This document shows, in pieces, positions 18,965-26,706 of a stretch of DNA of 33,652 bases (the first letter of the stretch is position 1; each line of letters begins with the position of its first letter). The DNA is from an uncultured Bacteriovoracaceae bacterium (lineage in GTDB: Bacteria; Bdellovibrionota; UBA1018), in contig CAYZKI010000001.1 of the NCBI GenBank assembly GCA_964478745.1, forward strand, positions 1-33,652. Direction: 5' to 3'. The notes under the pieces were generated by a model. The model searched no databases. It saw nothing but the letters and a program-made list of their open reading frames with translations, and was not told the DNA's origin. Position numbers and translations under genes: made by a program.

Positions 18965-19398
18965 CAGGGCTTCTCGACCTCTTGGACAGCGAGCGTGACG
19001 GAGCCGGTGGCCGTGAGCTTCCGCTCGCCCCCGTTCACGCAGAAAACCTGGGATTCGGCGAAGACCAGGGTCTTCCCCTTCCGAACCACCCGCGACTCGC
19101 ACTCGAGGCGCTCGCCGGAGGCGGGCCTGAGGAAGTTCACCTTGAACTCGATGGTGAGCACCTGCTCGTGTTCCGCGAGCGCGCTCGTCGCGGCGACACC
19201 CGCCGTGTGGTCGCACATCGTGGCCTGGACGCCGGCATGCACGAAGCCGTGCTGCTGAAGGTGCCGCGGCTCGACTTGCAGGAACGACTCGGCAGCGCCC
19301 TCACCGTAGCTCTTCAGGCGAAGGCCAAGCTCCGCGATGAACGGCGCGCGCGTGAACATGGTCTCGGCTGAAAGAAAGGATCGGGGAGCGCGACTCAC
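18964..19398 (-). CDS. PaaI/4HBT-family hotdog-fold thioesterase
   Basis: APFIAELGLRL...HLQQHGFVHAGVQATMCDHTAGVAA...VVRKGKTLVFAESQV matches the PaaI pattern. The start is uncertain: GTG 19398 or ATG 19359. Confidence 0.75.
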   Translation of the reverse strand: MSRAPRSFLSAETMFTRAPFIAELGLRLKSYGEGAAESFLQVEPRHLQQHGFVHAGVQATMCDHTAGVAATSALAEHEQVLTIEFKVNFLRPASGERLECESRVVRKGKTLVFAESQVFCVNGGERKLTATGSVTLAVQEVEKP

Positions 19399-19436
19399 CG
19401 GATGAGTCTAGCAGAGAGAAGCAGGACAAAAAAATA

Positions 19437-19545
19437 CGGGTGGGACCCTGCCCGGCTGACCGACACTTTTCCATAAGTATCGAGCGATGGGGATGCTTGC
19501 TAAGCGCCAGCTCGAGTTGCTCACGTGTGTGAGCGATCCCACCCG
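19437..19545 (-). ncRNA. Candidate structured RNA 3' module / terminator: 9-bp GC-rich closing stem around ~90 nt of sub-hairpins, followed by U7
   Basis: On the minus strand, CGGGTGGGA (19545-19537) pairs with TCCCACCCG (19445-19437), followed by TATTTTTTT (19436-19428). Inner hairpins are GCTCAC-ACAC-GTGAGC, TCGAGC...GCTCGA and GCTT-AGC-AAGC. No coding potential is apparent. Confidence 0.3.
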
Positions 19546-19553
19546 TTCCGCCA
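19529..19553 (+). repeat. Degenerate direct copy of the tRNA-Ser T-arm/acceptor 3' end (possible att remnant)
   Basis: GTGAGCGATCCCACCCGTTCCGCCA aligns with tRNA 15090-15117, GTGAGTTCGAATCTCACCCTCTCCGCCA, at about 22 of 25 positions with 3 gapped bases. Orientation matches the tRNA. Confidence 0.3.
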
Positions 19554-19764
19554 AAACCATGATTTCAAATGACCGATGCCCCTTAACTTCCCCCCGGAAG
19601 ACAGCCCCCACAGATCTATAAAGCAAGGGGTGTGCAAGTCGGCCGAGGCCATGGGCAGAGCCGTAAGCGGCTGAAATAAAAGAGATAAACCCTGCGTTTT
19701 TTCGGACACACGAGCCGATTCGCGATGTCGAAGCCTTAGGCGCTTGGAAACGCGCTACGCAAGT

Positions 19765-20043
19765 TCAGGCGAATCGGCGCGAAAGAGAGGGCCAGAGCTC
19801 GCCTGCCAGCTTGTCGAGAGCGCGCGCCGGATCGGGGGCCACGGCCTCGCCGATGAACGGGCCGCCGAACTGCGAATAGATGTCGATCGAGCAGCGGTAG
19901 CCGTCCTCGGTTTTTTCGAGAAGCGCGAGCGCTCGGGAATCGTAAGGGGCGGCAGCCAGGATGCTCTGAACCACGGAATCCGCGTAAGTGCGTTCTTCCG
20001 GCGTCGGACGCATGTTCTTGAAGAGGACCTGTTTGTCAGCCAT
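19765..20043 (-). CDS. Small HPF/RaiA (S30AE)-like protein, tentative
   Basis: 92 aa. FKNMRPTPEERTYADSVVQSIL...YRCSIDIYSQFGGPFIGEAVAPDPARALDKLAGEL follows the beta-alpha-beta-beta-beta-alpha pattern and residue spacing of ribosome hibernation factors. Confidence 0.4.
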   Translation of the reverse strand: MADKQVLFKNMRPTPEERTYADSVVQSILAAAPYDSRALALLEKTEDGYRCSIDIYSQFGGPFIGEAVAPDPARALDKLAGELWPSLSRRFA

Positions 20044-20115
20044 GGATAGACGGCTAATAACAAGGTGCGGCAGGATTCGCTACTCATTTCAGGCGGCTGA
20101 AAGGCCGAAAGAGGA

Positions 20116-22029
20116 ATGATGCGCTCCACTCTGGATCTTGACGCAACGAGTCAAGAACAGGAAACGACCTACGTCCGGACCGTTTCCGCTTTCTTCGAGT
20201 TCGATCATCCCCCCGAGGCCGTGTGGCCCCTGGTCGCCAACACGGATCGCATGAACCGCGCGGCGGGCATGGAAGACGTGGAGTATACCCATGAGCCTTC
20301 GGCCGACGGAGGTTCGCTTCGATACGGAAAGTCGGGCAATCTTCAGTGGTTAGAGCATCCCTACGAGTGGGAGAAGCCGCACTACTTCCGCGTGGCGCGC
20401 GAATATTCGCAGGGCATGTTCCTTCGAAACCTGGTGGAATTCCTCCTGACGCCGACCCCTCGTGGCTGCAGGCTCGAGTTCCGCTTCAGCTACACGACCC
20501 GCAAGGCGCTCATGAGCCCCCTGCTCGCGCTGGGAATGAAGCTCCGGGTTTTTCCGGGCTACCTCCGGGCATGGCGGCGGATGAACGCCTCGCTCAAGGC
20601 TCAAGCCCAGGCCTCTCCTTTCGTCCCACGGCCGCAGGACGGCGTGAAATGGACGCCCGAAGAGCGGCGCCGCTGGGAAACCCGGTTCGAGGGCGCGGGG
20701 ATCTCGAGGCGCCTGACCGCGGACCTCCTGAACTGGCTGCAAGACGCTCAGGAGCCCGACCTCGTACGCATCCGTCCCTTCGCGCTCGCCAGGCGCCTGG
20801 ACGCCGAACGCTTCGAGGTCCTCGAGGCGCTGCTCAAGGCGACCAAGCTCGGGCTCTTCCAGCTTTCATGGGACCTGATCTGCCCGAGCTGTCTCGGCGC
20901 CAAGAACCGCGTGGGCGGGCTCTCGTCCATCACCGAGGGAAATCACTGCGACGCCTGCAACATCGACTTCCGCGCGAGCTTTGAGAGCTCCGTCGAGGTC
21001 TCGTTCCAGGTTCATCCGGCGATCAAGGAGGTCAGGCTGAAGGAGTTCTGCGTCGGCGGCCCCCGCAACACGCCTCACTTCGAGTCACAGCGCCGCCTGC
21101 CCGCCGGGACTTGCGTGGGGATCCGCTGCACGCTCGAGCCGGGAATCTACCGCCTCCGATCGCTGCAATCCCGCGACACCTGCCTGCTTCACGTGAGCGA
21201 GCTCGCGCGCGAGCACGGAGACCTCGAGATCGAGATTGGCTCGCCCGATCAGCCCCGCGAGCGCTCGGTCGCGCTCGGCGCCGGCTCCATCCATCTTCAG
21301 GTCACGAACGCCACCGCTCATGAGTGCCTGGTGATGATCGAGCACGCCGACTGGCTCGAGGACGCGTGCAAAGCGTCCGTGGTCACGTCGCTCCAGGAGT
21401 TCCGCGACGCGTTCTCGGCCGACGTCCTCGCCCCGGGGCAGGACATCAGCGTGGGCTCGATCGCGCTCATGTTCACCGACCTCAAGGGCTCTACGGCCAT
21501 GTACGAGCGCATCGGGGACGCGGCGGCTTTCCGGCTCGTGCGCGAGCACTTCGAGATCCTGAGGGACTGCGTCAGACGCAATCGCGGCTCGATCGTCAAG
21601 ACGATCGGGGACGCCGTGATGGCTTCCTTCTTCAGGGCCGAGGACGCAACGCGCGCGGCCATCGAGATGCATCAAAGAATCCAGGAGCGGTCGTTTCCCG
21701 TGCGCGAGCGCGACGAAAGGCTGCAGATCAAGATCGGGATCCACTTCGGTTCGTGCTTCGCCGTGAACTCGAACGGCAAGCTCGATTACTTCGGGGCGGC
21801 CGTGAACACGGCAGCGCGCACGGAGTCGCAGTGCGACGGCGGCGACATCGTGCTTTCGTCCGAAGCCTACCGGGAGGACGGCGTGGCTCGCGCGCTCGAG
21901 GACGCCGGCCTTCGCGCGGAAGCCTTCAGGCGCAGGCTGAAAGGCTACGAGCGGGAGTTTGAACTTTATAAAGTCCCATGCATCGGATATTCCGAGATGG
22001 GATATGGCCAAGGCTCTCGAAGCGCTTAG
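20116..22029 (+). CDS. Class III adenylate/guanylate cyclase with N-terminal SRPBCC-like domain and central Cys4 region
   Basis: 637 aa with GAAAGAGGA upstream of the ATG. The C-terminal domain carries LMFTDLKGSTAMYERIGD, KTIGDAVMASF, IKIGIHFG and DYFGAAVNTAARTES. CPSC-x18-CDAC lies at nt 20881-20958. Confidence 0.9.
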   Translation: MMRSTLDLDATSQEQETTYVRTVSAFFEFDHPPEAVWPLVANTDRMNRAAGMEDVEYTHEPSADGGSLRYGKSGNLQWLEHPYEWEKPHYFRVAREYSQGMFLRNLVEFLLTPTPRGCRLEFRFSYTTRKALMSPLLALGMKLRVFPGYLRAWRRMNASLKAQAQASPFVPRPQDGVKWTPEERRRWETRFEGAGISRRLTADLLNWLQDAQEPDLVRIRPFALARRLDAERFEVLEALLKATKLGLFQLSWDLICPSCLGAKNRVGGLSSITEGNHCDACNIDFRASFESSVEVSFQVHPAIKEVRLKEFCVGGPRNTPHFESQRRLPAGTCVGIRCTLEPGIYRLRSLQSRDTCLLHVSELAREHGDLEIEIGSPDQPRERSVALGAGSIHLQVTNATAHECLVMIEHADWLEDACKASVVTSLQEFRDAFSADVLAPGQDISVGSIALMFTDLKGSTAMYERIGDAAAFRLVREHFEILRDCVRRNRGSIVKTIGDAVMASFFRAEDATRAAIEMHQRIQERSFPVRERDERLQIKIGIHFGSCFAVNSNGKLDYFGAAVNTAARTESQCDGGDIVLSSEAYREDGVARALEDAGLRAEAFRRRLKGYEREFELYKVPCIGYSEMGYGQGSRSA

Positions 22030-23356
22030 GAAGTCGCCGAAGCAGAAGGTCAAAGTCGCGGTCGCCGACATCGACGGCGTTTTGCGCGGCAAGTACATCC
22101 ATAAGGACAAGTTCTTTTCGGCGGCGGACGGAGGCTTCGGCTTCTGCAACGTCGTCTTCGGCTGGGACTCGGGCGATGTCTGCTACGACAACTCGAAGTT
22201 CACGGGCTGGCATTCGGGTTATCCCGACGCACTCGCCAGGATCGACCTCGAGACGTTCCGTGAGATTCCCTGGGACGACCAGACCCCGTTTTTTCTCGGC
22301 GATTTCGAGGACGGAAAGGGAAACCCGCTCGCGATCTGCCCCAGGCAGACGCTCAAGGGCGTGATCGCCCGCGCGAAGAAGGCCGGCTACCACGCCATGT
22401 TCGGCATGGAGTTCGAGTGGTTCAACTTCAAGGAGACGCCGCATTCGCTCTTCGAGAAGAAGCACACGAACCCTGATCCGCTCACCCCGGGGATGTTCGG
22501 CTACTCGATCCTTCGCTCGAGCCTGAACCAGCCGTTCTTCCAGGCGATGCTCGACGAGCTCCCCAGGTTCGGCGTTCCGATGGAGGGGCTCCACACGGAG
22601 ACCGGCCCTGGCGTCTTCGAAGCGGCGCTCGTCCTCTCCGATCCGCTCGAGCAGGCGGACCGCGCTGTCCTCTTCAAGACCTCGGTCAAGGAGATCGGCT
22701 ATCGCTTCGGCATCATGCCGAGCTTCATGGCCAAGTGGAACGCGCAGCTCCCGGGCTGCAGCGGTCACCTTCACCAGAGCCTCTGGAACTCGGCGAAGTC
22801 GAAGAACCTGTTCTACGACGAGAAAAACCCGTACAGGATGAGCGAGCTTTTCGAGAGCTATCTTGCCGGCCAGCTGCTCTGTCTGCCCGAGATCCTCCCA
22901 ATGTACGCGCCGACGGTGAACAGCTACAAGCGGCTGGTCGACGGTTATTGGGCGCCGACGAAGCCGACCTGGGGGGTCGACAATCGCACGACTGCGTTCC
23001 GCGTCATTCCGGGAAGCGCGAAGTCCACCCGAGTCGAAGCCCGAGTGCCGGGCTCAGATGTAAACCCCTACCTCGCAATCGCCGCCTGCCTCGCAAGCGG
23101 GCTTTACGGCGTCGAGAAAGGGCTTAAACTCAAAGACAAGCCGATCCAGGGAAGCGCGTACATGGCCGAGGGAATCGAGAGACTGCCGCGGACGCTTCAG
23201 GAAGCGACCGCGCGCATGGAGAAGTCCAAGGTCGCCCGCGAGCTCTTCGGAGAGGCCTTCGTCGACCATTTCGTCAGGACCCGCCAATGGGAATGGCGCC
23301 AGTTCCAGGACTCGGTCACGAACTGGGAAATCCAGAGATACTTTGAGATCATCTAG
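22004..23356 (+). CDS. Glutamine synthetase-family gamma-glutamyl-amine ligase (PuuA/GlnA4-like)
   Basis: Start chosen at ATG 22004 (MAKALEALRK...). GS catalytic blocks are FGMEFEWF, LPGCSGHLHQSLW, NRTTAFRV and RVPGSDVNPYLA. It is about 450 aa with no GlnA-type adenylylation loop recognisable by eye. Confidence 0.9.
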   Translation: MAKALEALRKSPKQKVKVAVADIDGVLRGKYIHKDKFFSAADGGFGFCNVVFGWDSGDVCYDNSKFTGWHSGYPDALARIDLETFREIPWDDQTPFFLGDFEDGKGNPLAICPRQTLKGVIARAKKAGYHAMFGMEFEWFNFKETPHSLFEKKHTNPDPLTPGMFGYSILRSSLNQPFFQAMLDELPRFGVPMEGLHTETGPGVFEAALVLSDPLEQADRAVLFKTSVKEIGYRFGIMPSFMAKWNAQLPGCSGHLHQSLWNSAKSKNLFYDEKNPYRMSELFESYLAGQLLCLPEILPMYAPTVNSYKRLVDGYWAPTKPTWGVDNRTTAFRVIPGSAKSTRVEARVPGSDVNPYLAIAACLASGLYGVEKGLKLKDKPIQGSAYMAEGIERLPRTLQEATARMEKSKVARELFGEAFVDHFVRTRQWEWRQFQDSVTNWEIQRYFEII

Positions 23357-23404
23357 CCCGATCGCGGGCTGGAGTGAACGTTCGCACCGCAACTGGAGGC
23401 CACC

Positions 23405-24553
23405 ATGGCTGGGGCTACTTACCGTTTCAGTTTTCCGACCACGATCTTCTTCGGGGCAGGCACCCGCAATCAGATCGGCACCCACCTCAAGGACAATCGG
23501 ATTCAGCGCCCGCTGATCGTCACCGACAAGGGCGTCGCGGCCCTTCCGATGCTGGGCGAGATCAAGGGCATCCTCGAGAAGGCAGGCCTGAAGACGGAGG
23601 CTTTCTCGGGCATCTGGGGCAACCCGACGAAGTCGCAGGTCATGGCGGGCGTCGAAGCCTATCGCGCGCACAAAGCCGACGGAATCGTCGGCCTGGGCGG
23701 CGGGGCCGCGCTCGATGTCGCCAAGGCGATCGCGACGATGGTGAACCACCCGGGCGACCTCTTCGACTACGAGGACGACCTGCCGGGCGCGCGCCCGTTC
23801 GACAAGGACGTGCCTTTCTGGATCGGCATCCCGACGACGGCCGGCACCGGAAGCGAAGTGGGCCGGAGCGCCGTCGTTTCCGATGACGTCACCCACGTGA
23901 AGAAGATCATCTTCCATCCGAAGCTGCTCGCGAAGGCGGTCTTCGCCGATCCCGAGCTGACCGTCGGTCTTCCGCCCAAGGTCACGGCCGCGACCGGAAT
24001 GGACGCGCTCACCCATTGCGTGGAAGCGTATCTCGCCAAGGGCTTCCACCCGATCTGCGACGGCATCGCGCTCGAAGGCGCCAGGCTCGCCGCGAAGAGC
24101 CTCGCGCGCGCGGTTCGCGAGCCCTCGAACCTCGAGGCCCGCGGCGACATGCTCATGTCCTCGATGATGGGCGCGATCGCTTTCCAGAAGGGCCTGGGCC
24201 TCACCCATTCGTGCGCGCACTCGCTCTCGACGGTGGCCGACCTCCATCACGGGCTGGCCAACGGGATCATGATCGACTACGCGCTGAAGAAGAACGCGGG
24301 CGCCGTGCCCGAGCGCTTCACCGCGCTCGCCACCGCGATGGGCATCAAGAACGCGTCGCCGGAGGGGTTTCTTAGCTGGCTTGCGGATCTGAAGAAGGAG
24401 ATCGGCATCCCCGCGAAGCTCTCGGAAGCCGGCGTGAAGAAGGACCAGCTCGAGCCGCTTTCGGACTTCGCGATCAAGGACTCATGCCACGGGAACAACC
24501 CGGTTCCGTGCACGCGAGACGACTTCAGGCGCATCTTCGCCGAGGCGTTCTGA
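23405..24553 (+). CDS. Iron-containing (group III) alcohol dehydrogenase
   Basis: GLGGGAALDVAKA, PTTAGTGSEV, and the metal ligands in DALTHCVEAY, THSCAHSL and HHGLANG. Confidence 0.9.
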   Translation: MAGATYRFSFPTTIFFGAGTRNQIGTHLKDNRIQRPLIVTDKGVAALPMLGEIKGILEKAGLKTEAFSGIWGNPTKSQVMAGVEAYRAHKADGIVGLGGGAALDVAKAIATMVNHPGDLFDYEDDLPGARPFDKDVPFWIGIPTTAGTGSEVGRSAVVSDDVTHVKKIIFHPKLLAKAVFADPELTVGLPPKVTAATGMDALTHCVEAYLAKGFHPICDGIALEGARLAAKSLARAVREPSNLEARGDMLMSSMMGAIAFQKGLGLTHSCAHSLSTVADLHHGLANGIMIDYALKKNAGAVPERFTALATAMGIKNASPEGFLSWLADLKKEIGIPAKLSEAGVKKDQLEPLSDFAIKDSCHGNNPVPCTRDDFRRIFAEAF

Positions 24554-24556
24554 GCC

Positions 24557-25315
24557 ATGCTGAAGATCGGGCTCTCGTCCTGCTTCTTCCACGCCGACCC
24601 GAAGCGCCCCATCTTCAAGGGCAAGACGCTCCAGTATCTCGAGCAGTCGATGGCCCACTGGGTCCAGGCCCAGGGCGTGCTCGTCTACCTCGTGCCTTCC
24701 GTCGGCTCGAAATCGACGACACAGCTTCGTGACTACGCCTGGGATCTCGACGGGCTCATTCTCCAGGGCGGGTCGGACGTTTCGCCCTCCACCTACGGCG
24801 AGAAGGCGCTCAAACCCGAGTGGAACGGGGACGAGGTGCGCGACCGCTACGAGATCGAGCTCGCCAAGGAGTTCCTGGCCTGCAACAAGCCGGTGCTGGG
24901 AATCTGCCGGGGCGCGCAGCTTCTGAACGTGCTTTTCGGCGGCACGCTCTACCAGGACATCGAGACGCAGGTGAAGGGCGCGCAGGTGCACCGCGACTGG
25001 AACGTCTACGATGCCCTTCATCACCCGATCACTTTCGAGGGCGGCTCGAAGCTTTCCCAGTGGTACAAGTCGAACGGCGGCAAGGCGGTGGTGAACACGG
25101 TTCACCACCAGGCCGTGAAGGACCTCGGCAAGGGACTGGTCGTCGAGGCCAGGGCCGCCGACGGCGTCATCGAGGCCATCCGTCTCGCCGACGAGGAGCC
25201 CTTCGCCTTTGCCGTGCAGTGGCACCCGGAGTTCCACGGCGAGGACAAGCAGCTTCTCGACGGATCGGTCATGTTGAAGCAGTTCCTGGAAATCGCGAAA
25301 GAACAGCGCGCCTGA
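24557..25315 (+). CDS. Peptidase C26 / class I amidotransferase-like gamma-glutamyl hydrolase (PuuD-like)
   Basis: GGSDVSP, nucleophile elbow GICRGAQLLNV, HHQAV and VQWHPEF. It starts 3 nt after the ADH stop. Confidence 0.9.
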   Translation: MLKIGLSSCFFHADPKRPIFKGKTLQYLEQSMAHWVQAQGVLVYLVPSVGSKSTTQLRDYAWDLDGLILQGGSDVSPSTYGEKALKPEWNGDEVRDRYEIELAKEFLACNKPVLGICRGAQLLNVLFGGTLYQDIETQVKGAQVHRDWNVYDALHHPITFEGGSKLSQWYKSNGGKAVVNTVHHQAVKDLGKGLVVEARAADGVIEAIRLADEEPFAFAVQWHPEFHGEDKQLLDGSVMLKQFLEIAKEQRA

Positions 25316-25341
25316 GGGCGCCCGCCCACCTGGAGAGTCTC

Positions 25342-26706
25342 ATGCTCAAGATCACGAACCCCGCCAACGGCAAGATCATCCGCGAGGTCGAGAGCGACAC
25401 GCAGCAGTCGGTCGCCGAGAAGTTCAGGCGCGCGAAAGCCGCGCAGCCTTCCTGGGCCGCAGTGCCGCTCGCGAGGAAGATCGATTCCATGCGCGCGTTC
25501 CGCGACCGTGTCGTGAAGGATACCGACGAGCTCGCCGCGATCCTGACCTCGGAGATGGGAAAGCCGCTTTCGCAGGCGAAGAACGAGCTCAAGGGCCTGA
25601 TCGGGCGCATCGACTTCTTCCTGGAGAACACCGAGAAGGCCATCGCTCCGATGACGGTCTTCAAGGACAGCTCGATCGAGGAGAAGATCGACTTCGAGCC
25701 GCTGGGCGTGATCGCGAACATCTCGGCCTGGAACTACCCGTACTTCGTCGGTTCGAACGTTTTCGTGCCGGCGCTCCTGACCGGCAATACAGTCCTCTAC
25801 AAGCCCTCCGAGTTCTCGACCCTCACGGGCCTCGCGATCGCCGAGCGCCTTCACGCGTCGGGCATTCCGAAGGACGCCTTCATCCCGATCGTCGGCGAAG
25901 GGAAAGTCGGCGCTTGGCTGCTCGAGCAGCCGATCGCGGGTGTTTTCTTCACGGGCTCCTATGGCACCGGAAAGAGGATCGCCGAAGCCGTCGGGGGCCG
26001 CATGATCAAGGTCCAGCTCGAGCTGGGCGGCAAGGACCCGGTTTACATTGCCGACGACGTCGACGTGGCCGCGGTCGCGGCGGGCACCGCGGACGGCGCG
26101 TTCTACAACACGGGGCAGAGCTGCTGCTCGGTGGAGCGCATCTACGTGCATGAGAGGATCTACGATGCCTACGTCGACGCCTTCATGAAAGAGGTGCGCG
26201 GCTTCAAGATGGGCGACCCCACGCAGGACGGCGTCTATCTCGGGCCCCTGACGCGCGCGCAGCAGATCGCGGTTCTCGAAGACCAGGTGAAGGACGCGCA
26301 AGCCAAGGGCGGGAAGCTTCTGAGCGGAGGAAAGCGCTCGTCGATCGGTCCGAACTACTTCGAGCCGACCGTGGTCGTGAACGCCACGAACGAGATGAAG
26401 CTCATGCGCGACGAGAGCTTCGGCCCGGTCATCGGGATCGCGAAGGTGTCTTCGGACGAAGAAGCGCTCAAGCTCATGAACGACACGGAGTACGGCCTGA
26501 CCGCGGGCGTCTACACCCGCGATCCCTCGCGCGCGAAGAAGATCCTCGCGCAAGTCAACGCCGGCTCAGCCTACTGGAACTGCTGCGATCGCGTGAGCCC
26601 TAGGCTTCCCTGGTCGGGCCGCGGGCACTCGGGCATGGGCTCGACGCTCTCGGTCCTGGGCATCCAGGCTTTCGTGCAGCCGAAGGCCTGGCACCTGCGG
26701 TCCTAG
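25342..26706 (+). CDS. NAD(P)-dependent aldehyde dehydrogenase
   Basis: Start trimmed to ATG 25342 (MLKITNPANGK...), preceded by GGAGAG. Motifs are FTGSYGTGKRI, ELGGKDP, catalytic GQSCCSVER and DESFGPV. Confidence 0.92.
   Translation: MLKITNPANGKIIREVESDTQQSVAEKFRRAKAAQPSWAAVPLARKIDSMRAFRDRVVKDTDELAAILTSEMGKPLSQAKNELKGLIGRIDFFLENTEKAIAPMTVFKDSSIEEKIDFEPLGVIANISAWNYPYFVGSNVFVPALLTGNTVLYKPSEFSTLTGLAIAERLHASGIPKDAFIPIVGEGKVGAWLLEQPIAGVFFTGSYGTGKRIAEAVGGRMIKVQLELGGKDPVYIADDVDVAAVAAGTADGAFYNTGQSCCSVERIYVHERIYDAYVDAFMKEVRGFKMGDPTQDGVYLGPLTRAQQIAVLEDQVKDAQAKGGKLLSGGKRSSIGPNYFEPTVVVNATNEMKLMRDESFGPVIGIAKVSSDEEALKLMNDTEYGLTAGVYTRDPSRAKKILAQVNAGSAYWNCCDRVSPRLPWSGRGHSGMGSTLSVLGIQAFVQPKAWHLRS

Noticed and set aside
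19437-19620. Resemblance to known housekeeping RNAs. The minus strand contains GGGGCTG (a tmRNA-like 5' start), and its ...GGCAGGGTCCCACCC recalls the 3' end of 4.5S/SRP RNA.
   Set aside because: No tmRNA T-arm/ACCA end or tag ORF is present. The SRP domain IV GGAA-loop motif (..GGUCCGGAAGGAAGCAGCC..) is absent. No RNase P GAGGAAAGUCCGG box is present either. The similarities are short and GC-driven.
19408-19709. 72-aa and 62-aa minus-strand ORFs inside the long non-coding region.
   Set aside because: They show no codon bias like the surrounding genes, have no SD and have odd composition. The region is better explained as structured RNA or regulatory DNA.
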